Shown here in pieces: positions 58,192-64,000 of a stretch of DNA of 64,000 nucleotides. The DNA is from Acidobacteriota bacterium (GTDB lineage Bacteria > Acidobacteriota > UBA6911 > RPQK01 > JAJDTT01): the NCBI GenBank assembly GCA_965263035.1, contig OZ253580.1, positions 3,168,001-3,232,000 on the forward strand, in the 5' to 3' direction. Under the pieces are notes generated by a model. The model was not told the DNA's origin, ran no database searches, and saw only the letters and a program-made list of their open reading frames with translations. A program made the translations under genes and the position numbers. Positions within the stretch are counted from its first letter, which is position 1; every line of letters starts with the position of its first letter.

Positions 58192-58217
58192 CTGGCCTCC
58201 GGCGCGAACACACAATC

Positions 58218-60278
58218 TCAGATTCCGCCTGGACGCCGCAGTGAATTCAGCGAAACACGAATTTCCGCCAGTTCGGCAGGACTGGGATTCAGCCCACCAA
58301 AGCGGTTCCTATAATAGATCTCCGTCAGTCTCTGGGGCACGGTGCTCTTCAATGCGCAACTGATTCTCCCTGCGAATTCTCCGGGAGTCTCGGACCTCTT
58401 TCGGACCAGCCCCCGCCCTTCCAAAATCTGAACCAGCTCCAGATAGTAGTCGGGTATCAACGTGGAAGAACCTCGGGCCCATCTCCTGCCGGCCCAGCTT
58501 GTCCGTATTCTCCTCCAGAACCGCGGACCGGTCCGGACCAGGAGCAGTGCCGAAACCAGAACGGCCGTCGCCACGATGCCCGCCCGTTGCCAAGTGACTC
58601 CCGAGACCCACTCGGACCAGACGGCCAGTGAGCGCCGCCGCGAGCTGTCCCAGCTCTCCTTCCAGGAATCGCCCAGCGTCTGGAACAAGCCGTACTGTTT
58701 CAGGTGGTCGAAAGTCACCACATCCAGCCATGCCAGATCGATGGCATCCAGCAACTCGCGGAGAGCGGCAAGAACCGGAAGAGAGGCGACGGCGGAGACT
58801 GCCGGGGTGGCGTCGAACTCGATCCACTCCCGTCCCGGAAAATAGGCTTCGACCCAGCTGTGGGCATCCGAGTGGCGGACCATGAAGTAACCGTTCCACC
58901 GGTTGTAGTCTCCCCGCTTGAAGCCGTTGACGACCCGAGTCGGAATGCCCAATGTGCGCAGCAGGACGGCCTGGGCGGTAGCGAAATACTCACAGTGTCC
59001 GGCCCGCGACTCGAACAGGAAGTCGGAGAGCGGGTCACGGGTGGAGGCTGACGTGTTCTTGAGAGAGTACTCGTAGTTCTCCTTCAGGAACTGTTCCACC
59101 ATAAAGGCTTTGTGGATGGGGTCGGTGATTCCTGCGGTAATGCGCCGGGCCAGACGGACTACTTCCGGGTTCAACTCGGGAAGCTGCAGATAGTGTCGCC
59201 CTGGAGCCTCGACGTAGGCCGGAACGGGAGCCAGGGAGAGTTTCTCGTCTCGTGTCATCACGTCCGAGAAGATGGTGTACGTCCTGACCCCGACGTCGGC
59301 CGCCCTGAAGGACCGGTTCCCGTCCTGGAAAACGTAGGGTCCGTGGAGCCGCCCGGAAATAAGAATGATGTCCGGGAGCCCGAACAACACTCGGGTCAGC
59401 GGCTCCTGTTGGATGGTCTGGCGGATCAGGAACTCCTCCTGCCGGCGCCTGCCTGCCACCAGAAACCCCTGCAAGCGATCGTCTCGGGCGACCTGCCTGA
59501 GGCCCCGGGTACTGGACCACGTCTTTCCGTCGTAGTGATCGAAGGCGATACCCCTCCACTTCAGCCCTGGAGGCATCCGGTGCGGTGGCTTGTCCACTTT
59601 TATTCGCAACACCACCTCCTCGTTGATGAGGATCTCTCCCATTTCGCCGAGGCTCACTTTCTCGGAGAATCCGCTCAGATGGCCTGAATTGCGCTTTGGC
59701 GGCAACACTCCCAGGGTCCCCCGAGGAATGACCACGAAGATGGGGACGGAAACCAGCACCAGCAGCAGCGTAATGAGAAGGGCGGTCGAAAGATGCCCGC
59801 GCAGTGCGAGGTTGAGCCCGCGATTCTTCTCATAGGGATCCTTGCTTTCCAGCAACATGAGCACCAGCACGGCCAGGAAAAGGAAGAACAGGACCCAGAC
59901 CGGAAATGCGACGGAGATGGTGGTGGTGGATGCAATCAGGACGAAGGCAAAGGAGATGAACAGCAGCAGCAGGTAATCCCGCTTGGTACGAGTGCTGCAG
60001 AGCTTCACCAGACTGACCAGCATGAGCAGATGTGCCGTCGCGGGAACGAACGGGGAAAAGGCCACGGTGTCGACGACGAACAGGGTCAGCAGGATGCCGA
60101 AGACGATGCCTTGAACGGCGCCGTCCAGCCGGATTCGGGGCAGGAATCGAGTCGCAGCCAGGCAGGCAAGATAGCCGAGCAGCATCCCGCCGCCGATTTC
60201 GCCGGACGAGTAGAGTGTCGACACGCCCGTCACCTGTAGTCCGTAGCTGGTCAGATGCAGGGCCGTCCTGAACCGCAT
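58218..60278 (-). CDS. Transglutaminase TgpA family protein (DUF3488 plus transglutaminase core)
   Basis: N-terminal TM domain, SGFSEKVSLG, KWRGIAFD, GHCEYFA, AHSWVE, WIEFDATP (Cys-His-Asp triad). Confidence 0.9.
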   Translation of the reverse strand: MRFRTALHLTSYGLQVTGVSTLYSSGEIGGGMLLGYLACLAATRFLPRIRLDGAVQGIVFGILLTLFVVDTVAFSPFVPATAHLLMLVSLVKLCSTRTKRDYLLLLFISFAFVLIASTTTISVAFPVWVLFFLFLAVLVLMLLESKDPYEKNRGLNLALRGHLSTALLITLLLVLVSVPIFVVIPRGTLGVLPPKRNSGHLSGFSEKVSLGEMGEILINEEVVLRIKVDKPPHRMPPGLKWRGIAFDHYDGKTWSSTRGLRQVARDDRLQGFLVAGRRRQEEFLIRQTIQQEPLTRVLFGLPDIILISGRLHGPYVFQDGNRSFRAADVGVRTYTIFSDVMTRDEKLSLAPVPAYVEAPGRHYLQLPELNPEVVRLARRITAGITDPIHKAFMVEQFLKENYEYSLKNTSASTRDPLSDFLFESRAGHCEYFATAQAVLLRTLGIPTRVVNGFKRGDYNRWNGYFMVRHSDAHSWVEAYFPGREWIEFDATPAVSAVASLPVLAALRELLDAIDLAWLDVVTFDHLKQYGLFQTLGDSWKESWDSSRRRSLAVWSEWVSGVTWQRAGIVATAVLVSALLLVRTGPRFWRRIRTSWAGRRWARGSSTLIPDYYLELVQILEGRGLVRKRSETPGEFAGRISCALKSTVPQRLTEIYYRNRFGGLNPSPAELAEIRVSLNSLRRPGGI

Positions 60279-60282
60279 TGCG

Positions 60283-61557
60283 TCAAATCCGCAAGTAGTC
60301 TATGGCCACCGATCCTGGCGGGACCCAGCGGTGGCCCGCGGCAACCACGATGCCGTTTCGCGCCGCCGTATGCTGGAAGGTTTCCGGGTGGCGGCTCACT
60401 GGCTGGACCAGCGCCAGACACTCCATGAACCTCTCGTAGCCGTTCCTGCGGCCGTCGACGCGGACCAGGGTCTCTCCGCACGTGAAACGGAACTTTTGAC
60501 CCATCCGCCAGTAATGGTCTCCCAGGGCCGCCACGCAGGAGACCCCCTTCTCGAACTGTTCCAGGCTGCGGGGAGAGAAATCATTCAGATCGGGATGAAA
60601 CGTCAGATCGATCAGGTTCTGATTCTCGGCGACGAAATCCCGGACCATGAGCTGATCCAACTTGGCCGTTGATTTCCAGTCCACCAGGCGGGCGCTGTCA
60701 CCGCTCTGGTAGCCTCGGATCCCGTAGAGGCTGTCACCGTGGCCTCTCAGGTTCAGGGCCTCCGCCCCTTGTAGCTCGGGATAGATGAAGAACAGGGTCT
60801 GCAGATTCATCAGCGCGGGGTAGACCAGGATGGAGCCTTGGGTCCGCAGCATTCTCTTGCGATGAAAGAGGCCGAAGGGGAATCTGGTGCCGAGCTCGAA
60901 GCCATCGACCGGATAGGAACCGCGGCGGCGGAACAGGCACTTCAGGTTCAACTTCAGGTCGGAGCGGACACCGATATAGGGAAAGACCTTCTCGCGGGTA
61001 AAGAAATCCGTCGCCGGTTCCGGATCCTGCTCCCGGTTCTGGCGGCCTCTCAGCTTCAGCGCGAAGGACGGGATCCAGCGCTTCAGGTTGTGCAGAGTGA
61101 CAAAACAGGTGGCGGTGTCCTGGGCCCGGATCGTCTCCGGCACGCTGATGCTCACCTTCAACCCGTGCAGGACCAGCGCTGACAGCAGTCCCGAAACCAG
61201 CAGCGCGGCCAGGAGAAGGGAGAGCAGGAGAACCAGCAGGTTGTTGCCCGAGTTCATGGAGGAGAATCCCATCACGGTCACCAACAGCAGGAAGAAGGCT
61301 CCTCGATGGGTGATGGACAGCGTGGGAATCCTCTCCCGCAGATCCCTCCGATAACGGGACAAGACGTAGGGCGCCAGCGTCACGGCGGCCAGAGAGGCGA
61401 AGATCAGCGAAACCAGGGCCAGAAAAGCCGCGGTATGGCTCTGACCGGTCCGGCGCGCCAGGGCGCTCAGGGCGGCCAGCATCGCCGCGGACACCAGTAG
61501 AATCAGTGGCCAGACGATTTCTCCCTGGGCCCACTTCAGCTTGAGCCGCCGAATCAT
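60283..61557 (-). CDS. DUF58 domain-containing protein
   Basis: NSGNNLL, TRFPFGLF, LVYP, IRGYQSGDSARLVDWKSTAK..LMVRDF. Start placed at ATG 61557. Confidence 0.88.
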   Translation of the reverse strand: MIRRLKLKWAQGEIVWPLILLVSAAMLAALSALARRTGQSHTAAFLALVSLIFASLAAVTLAPYVLSRYRRDLRERIPTLSITHRGAFFLLLVTVMGFSSMNSGNNLLVLLLSLLLAALLVSGLLSALVLHGLKVSISVPETIRAQDTATCFVTLHNLKRWIPSFALKLRGRQNREQDPEPATDFFTREKVFPYIGVRSDLKLNLKCLFRRRGSYPVDGFELGTRFPFGLFHRKRMLRTQGSILVYPALMNLQTLFFIYPELQGAEALNLRGHGDSLYGIRGYQSGDSARLVDWKSTAKLDQLMVRDFVAENQNLIDLTFHPDLNDFSPRSLEQFEKGVSCVAALGDHYWRMGQKFRFTCGETLVRVDGRRNGYERFMECLALVQPVSRHPETFQHTAARNGIVVAAGHRWVPPGSVAIDYLRI

Positions 61558-62516
61558 CAGACCGGGACCTCGACCTGGTCCACAAGATCCGCAATGATCG
61601 ATTCGGCTTCCTGGGTCTTTTCCAGAGGCGACGCATGTCTGGGACTGACCAGCACGCGGTGGGAAAATACGGGCACCACCAAACGCTTGACATCGTCCGG
61701 GATGCAGTAGGACCTGCCCTGGAAATAGGCTAGCGCCTGAGCCGCCCGATACAGGAACATGGCGCCCCGGGTGCTTACTCCCAGGGCCAGGAGTTCGCAC
61801 TCCCGGGTGGCCCTCACCAGTGTCATGAGGTATCGCAGGAGCGTTTCTTCGAACCGCACTTCCTGAACCTCTTCCTGTCCCCTCATGAGATCCTCGGTGC
61901 TGATGACCGGATCGAGATCAGAGGTCTCATACCCTCCCTGCGAGCGCAGAATCTCCATTTCGTGAGACTCGCTGGGGTAGCCCATGGAGATGCGCATTAG
62001 AAACCGGTCCAACTGGGACTCCGGAAGCGGATAGGTTCCGTGGTGTTCGGTCGGGTTCTGGGTGGCGATCACCATGAAAGGCTGAGGCAGCAGGTGGGTG
62101 TGGTTGTCCACCGTGATCTTCGCCTCGCTCATGGCTTCCAGCAGAGCGCTCTGAGTCCTGGGGGTGGTTCGGTTGACTTCGTCGGCCAGCACCACGTTGG
62201 CAAACAGCGGGCCCGGCCGAAACTCGAAGTCCCGGTGCACCTGGTTGAAGACCGAGATCCCGGTGAGGTCCGAAGGGAGCAGATCACTGGTGAATTGGAT
62301 GCGCTGGAAGCGGCAGTCGACGGAACGCGCCAGAGCGTGAGCCAAGGTGGTCTTGCCGACGCCGGGGACGTCCTCCACCAGCATGTGTCCCCGGGCCAAC
62401 AGCGTCACCACCGCCAGCTCCACGACGTCGGATTTGCCCTTGATGACTCGTTCCACCGAGTACTGGAGGGCCTTGAATCTCTCCGTCAGACTGGCGATTC
62501 CAGCACCGTTTGACAC
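61557..62516 (-). CDS. MoxR family AAA+ ATPase
   Basis: EDVPGVGKT, RIQFTSDLLPSD, LADEVNR, QSALLEAM, ATQNP, YPLPESQLDRF. Confidence 0.95.
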   Translation of the reverse strand: MSNGAGIASLTERFKALQYSVERVIKGKSDVVELAVVTLLARGHMLVEDVPGVGKTTLAHALARSVDCRFQRIQFTSDLLPSDLTGISVFNQVHRDFEFRPGPLFANVVLADEVNRTTPRTQSALLEAMSEAKITVDNHTHLLPQPFMVIATQNPTEHHGTYPLPESQLDRFLMRISMGYPSESHEMEILRSQGGYETSDLDPVISTEDLMRGQEEVQEVRFEETLLRYLMTLVRATRECELLALGVSTRGAMFLYRAAQALAYFQGRSYCIPDDVKRLVVPVFSHRVLVSPRHASPLEKTQEAESIIADLVDQVEVPV

Positions 62517-62608
62517 GGGCGTATGATAGCAGCCCGCGGCGAATATCGCTGAGTTCCGGCGGACGTCGCCGTTCCCCGGTCACAGGCTCCGGCAGCCGCC
62601 GTGGCCAA

Positions 62609-62633
62609 GGCCGGCCACGAGGGCCGCCCCTGC
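62609..62633 (-). repeat. Single degenerate GTAG-type REP
   Basis: Minus strand GCAGGGGCGGCCCTCGTGGCCGGCC, 19/25 identical to the 33777 REP. Confidence 0.45.
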
Positions 62634-62662
62634 CGATCATGCCGGTTCCGGTCCCGGCGGCG

Positions 62663-63682
62663 TCAGGTGAAGAGGGTCTTCTGCGAGGTTGTCGCTTCGA
62701 GGCCCAGATGGGAGTAGGCCAGGGGGGTGGCCACGCGGCCCCGAGGAGTTCGGGCAAGGAAGCCGATCTGAATCAGGTAGGGCTCGTAGATGTCTTCGAT
62801 GGCGATCTTCTCCTCGCTGATGGCGGCGGAGAGGGTGCTCAGGCCGACGGGGCCGCCGTCGAATCTTGCGATGATGGTGTCCATGAGCTTGCGATCGATC
62901 TCGTCGAAGCCGAACCGGTCCACGTTCATGAGTTCCAGTCCCCGGCAGGCGATGTCCCGAGAAATCTTTCCGTTGGCCCGCACCTGGGCATAATCGCGGA
63001 CCCGTTTGAGCAGGCGGTTGGCGATCCGTGGTGTGCCTCGGCTCCTTCGCGCCACCTCCGACGCTCCTTTGAGGTCGATCTCCACGCCCAGAAGTTCCGC
63101 GGAACGGCGGATGATGGAGACCAGGCTCTCGACGTCATAGAAGTCGAGTCGCTGTATGATCCCGAACCTTCCCCGGAGTGGAGAGGTGAGCAGACCGGTG
63201 CGGGTCGTGGCCCCCACCAGCGTGAACCGGGGTATGTCGATCTTGATGGAACGGGCGCCCGGGCCTTCGCCGATGATGATGTCGATCTGAAAGTCCTCCA
63301 TGGCCGGGTATAGAATCTCCTCGATGGCGGGATGGAGCCGATGGATCTCGTCGATGAAGAGAACGTCCTTGTCTTCCAGGTTGGTGAGAATGGCGGCCAG
63401 GTCCCCTCGTTTCTCGATGGCGGGGCCGGAAGTGGAGCGAAAGGTGACCTCAAGTTCATTGGCGATGACGTGGGCCAGAGTCGTCTTTCCCAGACCGGGA
63501 GGCCCGAAAATCAGAATGTGGTCCAGTGCCTCGCCGCGGCGGCGGGCAGCCTCGATGCCGACGGAGAGCCCCTCCTTGACCTGGTCCTGACCCACGAAGT
63601 CGCGCAGCCGGCGAGGACGGAGATTGGTCTCGTAGAGGACCTCTTGTTCCTGATGCTGAGGATTCATGAGCCGATCCTGCAC
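62663..63682 (-). CDS. ruvB: Holliday junction branch migration helicase RuvB
   Basis: LRP...[41 protein letters not shown]. Confidence 0.98.
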   Translation of the reverse strand: MQDRLMNPQHQEQEVLYETNLRPRRLRDFVGQDQVKEGLSVGIEAARRRGEALDHILIFGPPGLGKTTLAHVIANELEVTFRSTSGPAIEKRGDLAAILTNLEDKDVLFIDEIHRLHPAIEEILYPAMEDFQIDIIIGEGPGARSIKIDIPRFTLVGATTRTGLLTSPLRGRFGIIQRLDFYDVESLVSIIRRSAELLGVEIDLKGASEVARRSRGTPRIANRLLKRVRDYAQVRANGKISRDIACRGLELMNVDRFGFDEIDRKLMDTIIARFDGGPVGLSTLSAAISEEKIAIEDIYEPYLIQIGFLARTPRGRVATPLAYSHLGLEATTSQKTLFT

Positions 63683-63755
63683 CGGTCAATTCCTCTGAGA
63701 CTCGGCTTCCGCCGGCAATTTTCCGCTCTGCTTCATTCCCGGTTCCACCCGCCGG

Positions 63756-64000
63756 TCACCTGGAGATCTTGCGCAACGTGCTCCTGAGCAGATCCTCGAA
63801 GCGATCGGGGCTCTCCTGCTTGAGCACCTGGGTGACGGCCTTCTCCGCGATTCTCTTGACATAGCCCAAGTTGACCAGGGCGGAGACCACGTCTTGCCGT
63901 AGTCGGGCCGGAACCCCCGAAATGCTTACCGTCTCCACTGGCGGCGCCAAATCCTGCAGCCGGTCGCGCACCTCCAGGACGATCCGTCCCGCCGTCTTCT
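63756..64000 (-). CDS. ruvA: Holliday junction protein RuvA (partial, C-terminal part)
   Basis: KTAGRIVLEVRDRL...DVVSALVNLGY...DLLRSTLR; directly upstream of ruvB. Confidence 0.9.
   Translation of the reverse strand, partial: KTAGRIVLEVRDRLQDLAPPVETVSISGVPARLRQDVVSALVNLGYVKRIAEKAVTQVLKQESPDRFEDLLRSTLRKISR

Noticed and set aside
58218-62516. MoxR-DUF58-transglutaminase triad as a new system
   Set aside because: A widespread, already described arrangement (for example the Pseudomonas aeruginosa tgpA operon); nothing unusual seen here.

Overview
GC-rich bacterial chromosome segment, almost all housekeeping genes. Gene order and several conserved hypothetical proteins suggest Acidobacteriota (inference, not searched). 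In order: partial aroC; an mlaEFD-pgsA-like-lolA-like operon converging on dedA/yqaA, a LolA/LolB-fold lipoprotein and a LolD-like ATPase; dnaK; and a long minus-strand bioenergetic block. That block has an 11-subunit complex I-like operon without nuoEFG, then atpZ/I/B/E, then ccmEF(I)A-nupC-ccmBCD. Next come a small AT-richer island (PIN nuclease plus partner, and a divergent AAA_14/DUF4143 ATPase with altered catalytic motifs), a UDP-glucuronate decarboxylase, uvrB-aroA-aroK, mltD, clpB, grpE, yebC-ruvC and truA-uppS-cdsA-dxr-rseP. The last part holds an anti-sigma/STAS pair, dtd, a B12-dependent acyl-CoA mutase with isobutyryl-CoA-type residues, Trm112-GT9, a frameshifted methyltransferase, yacG-pgpA-cinA-thpR, moxR-DUF58-tgpA and ruvA(partial)-ruvB. 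Two MITE-like families, REP-like hairpins and a phased DnaA-box-like array lie in intergenic gaps. I found no rRNA, tRNA, CRISPR array, transposase or prophage. The best candidates for novelty are the headless complex I with a polybasic NuoC tail, the PIN/partner/pseudo-ATPase island and the lipid-trafficking cluster. All family calls come from motif recognition by eye, not database searches.
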